From positions 2,408 through 66,407 of the forward strand of contig ONDU01000009.1 of assembly GCA_900316615.1 (NCBI GenBank): 64,000 bases of DNA. Direction: 5' to 3'. The notes under the pieces are model-generated. The model was not told the DNA's origin, searched no databases, and saw nothing but the letters and a program-made list of their open reading frames with translations. Made by a program: the position numbers and the translations under genes. This stretch comes from an uncultured Eubacteriales bacterium. GTDB taxonomy: Bacteria; Bacillota; Clostridia; Oscillospirales; Acutalibacteraceae. Positions 37,676 to 46,319 of the stretch are shown piece after piece; the first letter of the stretch is position 1, and each line of letters begins with the position of its first letter.

Positions 37676-37894
37676 AAATAAACACCACCTATTGATTTTT
37701 ATTATTATAAGCAAAAGGCATAAACAGCAGCCTTCTGCAAACAATGCAGCTTTAGCCTTTGTCTGCAATAATCACAGCATATTTTTCTAACGGGTCTTGT
37801 TATTTTAGCTATGATTATTTAGATACAGCATATTTTTTATAACAATTTTGCCAACATATCATTATAACACACATTTCTCAAAATTGCAATTTTT

Positions 37895-37933
37895 TTCTTA
37901 AAAATACGTAAGGCTCGCTTTTGTGCGAGCCTT
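37895..37933 (-). terminator. Intrinsic terminator/attenuator after the second pilin gene
   Basis: The minus strand reads aaggctcgc-acaaaa-gcgagcctt followed by acgtattttt. Confidence 0.6.
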
Positions 37934-37976
37934 ACTTTATTTAATTACGGAAAATATTTAGAAACCTTCATACCGC

Positions 37977-38441
37977 TCAGCCTAGGTTAAGGACGAGAGT
38001 AGTACTTGTTTCTGTGATAATTACATAGTTAGTAATGACCGCCCCGGTTTCGACATTGGTATCATCATCATCATACATCAATTCAACATCATTTGTGTCG
38101 AAATTCCAAACCAACACAAACTCTCTGCCGTAATAGTTACGCTTTCCACACATACTCTGATAAGAATTGGTGCTGATAACATCTGCTACAGTGAGTGACT
38201 GCGTACTTATTAATGTACGGTTGTAATTCTCACTATAACCAACTACCAAATCGGAATAGGCACTGTTAAAAGAACCCTTCAAGGTGTTCGCATCGGTCTT
38301 GGCACCCTCCAAAACTGCACTGTTAACGGTGTGAGTTACAACCGGTATAGCAATCACTGCCAAAGCAGCCAGAACAGCCAAAACGACAACCAACTCTATA
38401 AGTGTAAATCCACCTTTACTTTTCAGCCTGGAATTCAGCAC
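37977..38441 (-). CDS. type IV pilin (second pilin)
   Basis: The N-terminus is KGG/FTLIELVVVLAVLAALAVIAIPVV. It has a GTG start. Confidence 0.85.
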   Translation of the reverse strand: MLNSRLKSKGGFTLIELVVVLAVLAALAVIAIPVVTHTVNSAVLEGAKTDANTLKGSFNSAYSDLVVGYSENYNRTLISTQSLTVADVISTNSYQSMCGKRNYYGREFVLVWNFDTNDVELMYDDDDTNVETGAVITNYVIITETSTTLVLNLG

Positions 38442-38534
38442 CTTACCAACCCTCCCGTTATCTTAAAACGTTCCTCACACATACCATCCAATTATTGAAA
38501 GAAACGGAAACAATCAAAAAGATTCAAAATCAAA

Positions 38535-39032
38535 TTACAGGTTTGTAACTGATACAAGAGTTGAAGGATTGCCTGAACCGTCTGTGAGGTCTACTACGGT
38601 GGTACCGTCTACTGTCAATGTTACACCTGCATCGTCAATTCTCTGACCTGCAACAGATGTACCTGCAGCACCGATGAAGTAGCACTTGTCACTAGCTGTA
38701 TCCCATACAGGGAAGTACTGGTTGTTGTTATATGTAACTGACTGGAAAGCTGTTGTTGTACCTGTTACTGTAGCAACTGTGTCGATGTGAATGTTGCTGG
38801 GGTTGCTTACAGCATCTGCATAACGCTCTGTGTTACGAGCAGCGATGTCAGCCTGGCAGTTCTTAATCTGAAGCTCGATAGAATCAGCATTTGAAATAGC
38901 ACTGTTTCTGGAAGCTGTGTTGATGATTGAGTTAACTACAGGGATAGCGATTGCTGCCAAGATAGCGAGGATAGCGATAACTACTACCAACTCAACGAGT
39001 GTAAAACCTTTTTTACTGTTCTTTGTTGTCAT
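38535..39032 (-). CDS. pilA: type IV major pilin
   Basis: The N-terminus is KKG/FTLVELVVVIAILAILAAIAIPVV. It is the first gene of the operon. Confidence 0.9.
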   Translation of the reverse strand: MTTKNSKKGFTLVELVVVIAILAILAAIAIPVVNSIINTASRNSAISNADSIELQIKNCQADIAARNTERYADAVSNPSNIHIDTVATVTGTTTAFQSVTYNNNQYFPVWDTASDKCYFIGAAGTSVAGQRIDDAGVTLTVDGTTVVDLTDGSGNPSTLVSVTNL

Positions 39033-39074
39033 TTGAACATTTCTCCTTTGTTATAAAAAATAATAAGTTGTTGG

Positions 39075-39130
39075 GAGGTAACCCCATACCGTTTACGACC
39101 TTTTCCGCACAATCCAAACGGTATGACCTC
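39075..39130 (-). promoter_or_regulatory. Long 5'-UTR stem-loop of the pilin mRNA
   Basis: gaggt+cataccgttt pairs with aaacggtatg+acctc, about 40 nt upstream of the RBS. Confidence 0.4.
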
Positions 39131-39140
39131 TTACAAATGC

Positions 39141-39149
39141 ATTATATCA
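39141..39149 (-). promoter_or_regulatory. Extended -10 (TGATATAAT) candidate pilin promoter
   Basis: The minus strand reads tgatataat. No good -35 element is present. Confidence 0.4.
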
Positions 39150-39347
39150 TATTAATCTGATTTTTCATATACATTATTTGTTAAAATTTTCTTAACATTT
39201 TTTGTGGATTCTGACGCAATTATCCATTTGAATACGCTTTATATCATTTTTATACCGTTTTTACGCTGTATTTCAGTATAAATTAGTTTATAATTTTCAC
39301 AGCAGCATAAATCTTCAATAACTGCTGTGAAGCTTAAAGCGGCAAAA

Positions 39348-40586
39348 TCAGTGCAGTACTCTTTTTTTGCGTATGAATGAGCCGGACGGAATTTCAGTTT
39401 TACAAGGCATAGCAAGCTTTTCCATTGCGTGCGGAGCACTGCTTACGCTCTCGCCGCTGCTGTTGTAAAGCTCCTGAACATTTATAATGAAAGGTTTTCC
39501 CTTTGGCGGCAGTACGTCAAGCTCGTCCCCGACAAGGAACTTATTTTTCTGCGTAATAAAAGCGGTTCCGTTTTCGTAGCCGTTACACACGGCAACAACA
39601 TCATACTCACGGATATAACCGCCGTTGGAGTGAACCTGTCCCGGCTCGTTTCCGAGGAAAAAGCCTGTGCTGTATTCCCTGTGGCTTATTTTGTCAAGCT
39701 CCTGCCTTATCCAATCGGGCAGAGTATAATTTTCCCTGTCTTTATAGTACAGGTCTACAGCGTTTCTGTAGGCATAGGTTGTAACTGCGGTATAGTATGC
39801 GGATTTCGCCCTGCCCTCTATCTTGAAGCTTGTTATTCCGCATTCGGCAAGCCTCGGTATATAGTCTATCATACACATATCTCTTGAATTATATAGGTAG
39901 GTTCCGTCGCCGTCCTCCTCAACGGGGAAATACTGACCCTCTCTGTTTTCCTCAAAAAGGTGATATTTCCATCTGCACGGCTGTGCACAGTCGCCTCTGT
40001 TGGCGTCCCTGCCCGTCATATAGGCTGAGATAAGGCATCTTCCGCTGAACGATACGCACATAGCTCCGTGGACGAAGCATTCTATTTCAAGCTCCTTTGG
40101 AACTCTTGCTCTTATTTCCGCAATATTCTCAAAGGAAAGCTCTCTTGCAAGTACGACCCTCTTTGCTCCCATATTATAAAGGACGTTGGCTGTATGATAG
40201 TTTACTATTCCTGTCTGCGTGGACATATGTATATCTGCCTTGGGAGCATATTTTTTCGCAAGCTCCATCACCCCGACATCTGCAACTATAACGGCATCCA
40301 CGCCTATATCGTCCAGTATCTCAAAATGCTGAGGAAGTCTTTTTATCTCGTCATTTGTAGGTACGGTATTGCACGTAACATAAAGCCTTGCTCCTGCCTC
40401 GTGAGCTTTTACGACAGAGCTTTTTATCTGCTCATAGTCAAAGTTTTTGGACGCAGTTCTCATTCCGAACTCTTTTCCTGCCAGATATACCGCATCTGCA
40501 CCGTATCTCAGAGCGGTATCGAGGCTTTCCTCCTCTCCGCACGGAGATAAAACCTCCGTCGGATTTCCGTGCCTGTACATTGCCAT
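39348..40586 (-). CDS. U32-family peptidase
   Basis: EVLSPCG...ALRYGADAVYLAG...E.FVHGAMC matches the family. Confidence 0.9.
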   Translation of the reverse strand: MAMYRHGNPTEVLSPCGEEESLDTALRYGADAVYLAGKEFGMRTASKNFDYEQIKSSVVKAHEAGARLYVTCNTVPTNDEIKRLPQHFEILDDIGVDAVIVADVGVMELAKKYAPKADIHMSTQTGIVNYHTANVLYNMGAKRVVLARELSFENIAEIRARVPKELEIECFVHGAMCVSFSGRCLISAYMTGRDANRGDCAQPCRWKYHLFEENREGQYFPVEEDGDGTYLYNSRDMCMIDYIPRLAECGITSFKIEGRAKSAYYTAVTTYAYRNAVDLYYKDRENYTLPDWIRQELDKISHREYSTGFFLGNEPGQVHSNGGYIREYDVVAVCNGYENGTAFITQKNKFLVGDELDVLPPKGKPFIINVQELYNSSGESVSSAPHAMEKLAMPCKTEIPSGSFIRKKRVLH

Positions 40587-40605
40587 ATGCTTCTCCCCTT
40601 TTCAG

Positions 40606-40762
40606 TTCAAGGGCGTTGCCCTTGAAAATCCCACCAAAGACCCTGCCTTTGTGTGTTTAAGGGTTTCACCCTTAAAAATCCTGACCAAAGGCCCTGCCTT
40701 TGGAAACCGCAAGGGCTCTGCCCTTGACCCGCAAGCCTTTGAAAAGGCTTGACCTAAACCTT
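40606..40762. repeat. Family-B stacked-hairpin repeat, copy B5 (inverted)
   Basis: It has six hairpin modules and ends in cttgacctaaacctt. Confidence 0.9.
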
Positions 40763-40854
40763 ATGGTTTTTGTTATCCTGCTTACAGATATTATAACAGA
40801 TTTCGTGTTTTTATCAACTGTTTACACAGAAGTTTCATTCATCGAAAAAAGGGT

Positions 40855-41664
40855 TCACATTTCGTGACTTTCTCTCAGGCTTAAATTTTCATCGGCGGAT
40901 ATTTCTATATCAACATATATCTTGTTGCCGAAAAGCCTTGTTCTTATCACGTCCAGACGCTTTACACCCTCCTGCTCGGTTACTATGGTACTCATTTTGG
41001 CTACTGTTTCCTTGTCGCAGGATTTATCAATCATTTTGTCTATTGCGTCCTTCATAATGTCATATGCAGCCTTGATTATGAAAAGGGAGATTATCACACT
41101 TGCAATGGGGTCAAGAATTTTTATTCCGCACATCGCACCTGCAATGCCTGCAAGTGAGCCTACGGAGGAAAGAGCATCGCTTCTGTGATGCCATGCGTCC
41201 GCCCTGAGAGAGCCGCTGTTAATTTTTTTAGCAGCAAATATCGTATATCGGTACATAGCCTCCTTGATAACTATTGACACTATGGCGGCGAACAACGCTA
41301 TAAATTCAGGCTGACCGAGTGTACCGTAATCCTGAGAAAAAATTTTAAGCATTCCACTGTGTCCTATTCCGATTCCGGTTACGGCAAGTATTGCGGCAAG
41401 CACCATTGCCGATACACATTCCATACGCTCATGTCCGTACTGATGTTCAAAATCGCTCTTTCTTCTTGAAACGACAAAGCCGATTATTACTATTACAGTA
41501 CTGAAAACATCTGACGCAGAGTGTACAGCATCAGATACCATTGCTCCCGAGCGTCCTGCTATGCCTGCTATAAGCTTAAAAATTGTAAGAAAAACATTCA
41601 GAACTATGCTGACTGCCGAAGCTCTTAAAGCTACACGCTTTGACTCATCCTTTTTCATAGACAC
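40855..41664 (-). CDS. cation diffusion facilitator transporter (C-terminally short)
   Basis: Six TM helices and the HSASD and HHRSD motifs are present. The ORF ends inside the expected second helix of the cytoplasmic domain (LSLRESHEM*). Confidence 0.85.
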   Translation of the reverse strand: MSMKKDESKRVALRASAVSIVLNVFLTIFKLIAGIAGRSGAMVSDAVHSASDVFSTVIVIIGFVVSRRKSDFEHQYGHERMECVSAMVLAAILAVTGIGIGHSGMLKIFSQDYGTLGQPEFIALFAAIVSIVIKEAMYRYTIFAAKKINSGSLRADAWHHRSDALSSVGSLAGIAGAMCGIKILDPIASVIISLFIIKAAYDIMKDAIDKMIDKSCDKETVAKMSTIVTEQEGVKRLDVIRTRLFGNKIYVDIEISADENLSLRESHEM

Positions 41665-41834
41665 ATACCCTCTAAAAAATATATTTCATACATTATACGT
41701 TTGATATTATCTATTGTCAATAATCAATATTATAATATTTTTATAGAATTTTATGTGTTTAGTTTAGACTAACTAACTTTTCAGAATAATATATTATTAA
41801 CAGAAACTAACCTCACCCTGAATAAGAAAAACAT

Positions 41835-41919
41835 AAATTTTAGGTCAAGCCTTTTTTAAAGGCTTGCGGTTTCCAAAGGCAGAGCCTTTGGTGGGATTTT
41901 CAAGGGCAAAGCCCTTGAA
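41835..41919. repeat. Family-B stacked-hairpin repeat, copy B6 (forward)
   Basis: It abuts the TAG stop of the gerQ-like gene. Confidence 0.85.
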
Positions 41920-42525
41920 CTATTCGTCAAGAAGCGTTATCAGCTTTATATCATCTGTACTGAACAGCATAAGATTTTTACTGTCCTTATCCCTTACGGC
42001 AGCCGTGTTTCCGCTGACAGCCGCAAGATAACCCGACTTCTTCTGAAGCCTGTTTCCGTACAGAAGCTCAAGCTCTACCGCTCTTCCAAGCTGTGTCTGC
42101 AAAAATCTTATGATTTCCGTATTGCCTCCGTCTGCAAAGCCTCTTCCGCAGCACTGCACACAGTCTGAGCTTCCGTATAAGCCCCCTATGCAGCCTGCTG
42201 CCCTGGGAATGCCTGCATTGTACATCGGAGTGAAAAAAGCTCCCTGAGTGCTCATATCAGGAAAAATATTCCCCTGTGCCATACCTGCTCCTGTATGCTG
42301 TCCGCTCATTCCGTTGATAATGTCCGAAGCTGACGTGTTAAGACCGTAATTATAAGCTCCCGATAAATTCTTATCCTTTATTATGTTGGAATTTTCAGTG
42401 CTTTTATGTTCTGCGGCTTCCGTTTTTGAACGGCTTGCGGACTGTTCCGCTGCTTTAACTCCGCCTGCGTTCTCTGCGGCATTTTCAAATCCGTATATCC
42501 TATCCATATCTATCGGTTTATTCAT
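41920..42525 (-). CDS. spore-coat GerQ-like protein (tentative)
   Basis: The C-terminal pattern IIRFLQTQLGRAVELELLYG...GYLAAVSGNTAAVRD...LMLFSTDDIKLITLLDE resembles GerQ. The start is set at ATG 42523-42525, behind AGGAGG. Confidence 0.5.
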   Translation of the reverse strand: MNKPIDMDRIYGFENAAENAGGVKAAEQSASRSKTEAAEHKSTENSNIIKDKNLSGAYNYGLNTSASDIINGMSGQHTGAGMAQGNIFPDMSTQGAFFTPMYNAGIPRAAGCIGGLYGSSDCVQCCGRGFADGGNTEIIRFLQTQLGRAVELELLYGNRLQKKSGYLAAVSGNTAAVRDKDSKNLMLFSTDDIKLITLLDE

Positions 42526-42727
42526 ATTAAAAAACCTCCTGCATATTATAGGCAAAATCTGCCGTTATTACATATTATTCACATAACAGATTTTTGGTTC
42601 TTAAACAATATGAAAAATTTGTTTATAATTTTTCTTTTAACTTTATTTATTTTTAAAATATACATAGACAAAAAAACTTAAAGAGTGTATAATAGTTTCG
42701 CTTAATAAAAGAAAGGATTGCTATGCT

Positions 42728-43891
42728 ATGAAAATATTTGGAAAAGCTGTTGCAGTTGCATTGGGTGCTTTGATGGTTGGCTCCGCAATGAGCGGCTGTA
42801 CACAGGCTGCGGTATTCGGAAACTATCCCAATGACTGGTCATGGTCATATAAGGACGACACTTCTACAATGACTATCGGTGAATACATCTACTACAACTA
42901 CAGTGCATATTACAACGCATCTAACAAAGTAGAAAAAGGTACGGGTGACTTTCTCGACCAGAAGCTCAATGACGATGACGGCAAGGAAATGACTGCTCGT
43001 GAGTTTATTGCTAAAACCTCAGACGAAGCTTGTAAGAACTTCCTGTATATCAACAAAACATTCAAGGATATGAAGCTCAAGCTCACAAATGAGGAAATAG
43101 CAAGCTATAAGGCTAATGCCGACCAAAACTGGACTTACGGAAGAAAAACCTTTGAGGCTTACGGTATAAGCAAGGATTCATTCGTTGAGGCAGGCTACGA
43201 AAATCCCGCAAAGCTTGAGGCTATCTTCAAAGGTCTTTATCAGGAGGGCGGCAAAAAAGAGGTTTCTCTTGACCAACTTAAAAAGTACTATGAGGAAAAT
43301 TACGTAAACTACAACTATATAAGTATTCCGCTGTACGAATCCTCAACCGATGACGACGGAAACAGCAAAAGTACCAAAAAGAGCAACGACGATATTAATA
43401 AAATCAAGAAAAATCTCGACAAGTATGTAAAAGATATAAACGGCGGTACATCTTACGCTGATGAGGTAAAGGTGTACATGAAAGACTATGATACCGAAAC
43501 AGATCCCACGGTTTCCGCTACAAGTATTCTTAAAAATGCGGGTCTTGGCGAGGAAATAGAGAAAGCCTTCTCTGAAATGAAAGACGGAAAAGCAAAATAC
43601 ATAATTGTAGGCGAGGACGGCGACAGCCCTATGGCTTACCTTCTCTACAGAGGAAATATCAAGGACGAATCCAAAAAGCTCGGCAGCGATGAAAGCCTGA
43701 GATATAGTACCCTCGTTAATATGAAGAGTGAGGAGTTCCAAAATGATGTCAAAAAGGCTGTTCAGAACTATAAGTGCGAAATAAATACGGCAGCTATAGA
43801 GAAATATCCGTCAACTATGTTTATAACAGAGCCTGCCACAGAAGCAGCTACATCTGACGAAATTTCCGCCGATGCAAAGGTTCAGAAATAA
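42728..43891 (+). CDS. lipoprotein, possibly SurA/PrsA N-terminal chaperone-like
   Basis: The lipobox is SAMSGC. The product is tentative. Confidence 0.65.
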   Translation: MKIFGKAVAVALGALMVGSAMSGCTQAAVFGNYPNDWSWSYKDDTSTMTIGEYIYYNYSAYYNASNKVEKGTGDFLDQKLNDDDGKEMTAREFIAKTSDEACKNFLYINKTFKDMKLKLTNEEIASYKANADQNWTYGRKTFEAYGISKDSFVEAGYENPAKLEAIFKGLYQEGGKKEVSLDQLKKYYEENYVNYNYISIPLYESSTDDDGNSKSTKKSNDDINKIKKNLDKYVKDINGGTSYADEVKVYMKDYDTETDPTVSATSILKNAGLGEEIEKAFSEMKDGKAKYIIVGEDGDSPMAYLLYRGNIKDESKKLGSDESLRYSTLVNMKSEEFQNDVKKAVQNYKCEINTAAIEKYPSTMFITEPATEAATSDEISADAKVQK

Positions 43892-43939
43892 TTTTGCATA
43901 ATTTGTAAATATATTTAAGCCTGCGTCAACGCTCAAGTT

Positions 43940-44032
43940 GCGATTGCAGACGGCAAAAGCTTTGCTTTTGCCAAATACAAAGCGTATGCTTTGTATTTCA
44001 CGACAGACAAGTCTGTCGTGGTCTGCAATCGC
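43940..44032. repeat. Family-A palindromic repeat, copy A2
   Basis: The TIR lies at 43940-43951 and 44021-44032. Hairpins are ggcaaaagc/gcttttgcc, tacaaagc/gctttgta and cacgacagac/gtctgtcgtg. An outer stem gcctgcgtca/tgacgcaggc encloses it. Confidence 0.9.
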
Positions 44033-44083
44033 CCTGATGCTGACGCAGGCTTATTTCATTTATGTTTTCTCACCGTCTTTGTA

Positions 44084-44475
44084 TTATCTGTTTAACAGAT
44101 AGAGTGCTAAATTTAAATATCCTGCAAATGTTACCCATACAAGATAAGGTATCTGCAAATAACCCGAAGCTTTATTTATTCTGTAAAAGCTTACAATCAT
44201 AACAAGTATAAGCATCCATAATATTACAAGCCATACAAAGGCAAAAAGAAGCTGCCCGAGATTGAAATATATCAGCAACCATAAAAAGTTAAAAACAAGC
44301 TGAAGAAGGTATACAACCAATGCAGCAAATTTTTCCTCATTTTTCGCCATATATATCATATATGCGGATACACCCATAAGAAAATACTGAAGGTAAGCAA
44401 GCCTGCAAGCAGACCTGTTCCCAGGCTTACGGCAATGCTTATTGTAAAAGCCTTTATATTTTTTATTCTGCCCAT
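44084..44475 (-). pseudogene. tspO: TspO/MBR-family gene remnant (internal deletion plus frame change)
   Basis: A 39-codon N-terminal ORF (MGRIKNIKAFTISIAVSLGTGLLAGLLT...) runs into a stop. A 97-aa ORF in another frame carries TspO TM2-TM5 (YFLMGVSAYMIY...IPYLVWVTFAGYLN). The ~30-aa loop-1 region is absent. Confidence 0.55.
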
Positions 44476-44606
44476 TGATTTGTACTCCTTTCCCTTGTCT
44501 GTATAAAATTTATATGCTCGGGATATGAAAAATAAAACCGTTATTGGTTTATATATATCCGTTTACAGCATAAAAGCGTGTCGGAATTTTTTACCCTTAT
44601 TTTGCG

Positions 44607-44635
44607 TTGACCCTTTGGAGGCATCATGCTATAAT
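44607..44635 (+). promoter_or_regulatory. sigma-A promoter TTGACC-17-TATAAT upstream of the disrupted DUF218 gene
   Basis: ttgacc is at 44607-44612 and tataat at 44630-44635. Confidence 0.6.
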
Positions 44636-44702
44636 AAATATATAAGGATATTATATATCTGCGTGATAAATCAAAAAATAAAGCAGTAAAAAGAGGATAT
44701 TT

Positions 44703-46231
44703 ATGAAAAAACGTATAATAGAGAAGCGTTTTGTTTTATTGGCTCTGTCGGTTTTAATTATTATAGCCGGTTTTTTTGTGTATTCCGTGATTGTCGGAAA
44801 CATATACCGCTTTCGTGAGGTTACAGGAACAGAACCGGTTGATTTGAATATACAGGAACAGAACCGGTTGATTTGAATACAGTCAAGGTTACCTGTTCAG
44901 ATGAAAGCGTTATCCGGGTAAATTCAATAAACCAGCAGAAAACAAGCAGCTTGATGAATGTAATTGACGTACTCTTTGAGAGCGTAAACGAAGGCAGCTG
45001 CAAGGTCAGCGTTTCATATCAGGACAGCGAAAGCGAAAATTCATACTCGGTAAGAGAAGCAAATTTGTGTGTTCTTCCCTTTGGATTTATTTATGACCTT
45101 TCATATGACAGCTTTACTTCGATTAATTCAGTTATTCCTCTGGGAGAGCTTATACTTCTGCTTCTGATTGTTGTTAATTCAATTTCATTCGCTGAAAAAA
45201 TGAAGCGTGGCGATTTTTCATACTCTATGGTTATTGTGGGCGGCGTACTTCTGTTTATGATACTGACTTTTATAACGACATTGGCAGATCCGTGGTTCTG
45301 GCATATATATGAATATGACATAAACACAAAATATATTCTGATTGAAATTTTTCAAAGCGGATTTGCATTTATTTCAATAACGACTGTGCCTGTTACTATG
45401 CTTGCCGTTGCCCTTGGTATAAGCAATGTATGGCTGGTGATAAAGGAGGGCTTCCGTCCGCAGAATATTCTGGGTATTATAACAGGTATTATTATAATAG
45501 GCGGTATTCTGATAATTCATATGAGTAATTATTACAATAGTGAAAGCTCTGACATAATGTACTATTTTACGATGATGACGCACATAGTAACAACGTTTCT
45601 GCTGTGCTATTTTGAGTGTATGCTCATTTCGACAATGTTCTGTGCCGTAGCTTCGACTAAGTACAAGCCTGAATATAATATGGATTACATCATAATTCTA
45701 GGCTGTGCAATCAGAAAAGACGGAACGCCTACACCTATTCTGAGAGGCAGGATTCAGCGTGCCTTTGACTTTGAAAGAAAGCAGTATGAAAAAACAGGCA
45801 GACATGCAAAATTTGTACCGTCAGGAGGTCAGGGCAGCAACGAGGTTATAAGCGAAGCCGAAAGTATGAAACGCTGTCTTATGGAAATGGGAGTTCCCGA
45901 AGCAGATATACTTAAATAGGACAAATCAGTAAACACATATCAGAATATGGCATTTTCAAAGAAAATAATCGAGCAGGACGCAGGAAGTCTTGAAAACATA
46001 AATATAGGTTTTTCCACTACTAACTATCATGTTTTCAGGGGTTATACCTTAGCTCATAAAACAGGTATGACAGTAAAGGGACTTTCGGCAAAAACAAAGC
46101 TTTACTTTTTCCCTAACGCATTTGTCAGAGAGTTTATAGGTTTGCTTTGGGAACAGAAGCTGCGTCATATTATGGTGGCTGTTTCAGTCATAATTTTTAT
46201 GATTCTTATGTATCTGTCAATAATTTATTAA
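44703..46231 (+). pseudogene. DUF218 (YdcF/ElyC-like) membrane protein gene with two lesions
   Basis: A 29-bp tandem duplication shifts the frame, giving a stop at 44874-44876. An in-frame TAG lies at 45917-45919 inside the conserved ILxEDKSxNT motif. Removing one repeat copy gives a 1500-nt frame. Confidence 0.7.
44822..44879 (+). repeat. Perfect 29-bp tandem duplication (tacaggaacagaaccggttgatttgaata x2)
   Basis: 44822-44850 is identical to 44851-44879. Confidence 0.95.
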
Positions 46232-46319
46232 AAAATTTAGTTCTGTCCGCACTTGTTAAAAGTGCGGCATAATGTTATAATTATCGCAACACATTACAAA
46301 ATGCAGGAGGTTATGCGGA

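Noticed and set aside
43940-44032. Family-A element as a tRNA-like gene or an integron attC site.
   Set aside because: The 12-bp closing stem, the hairpin sizes and the lack of anticodon or T-loop consensus exclude a tRNA. There are no R''/R' GTTRRRY core sites and no integrase.
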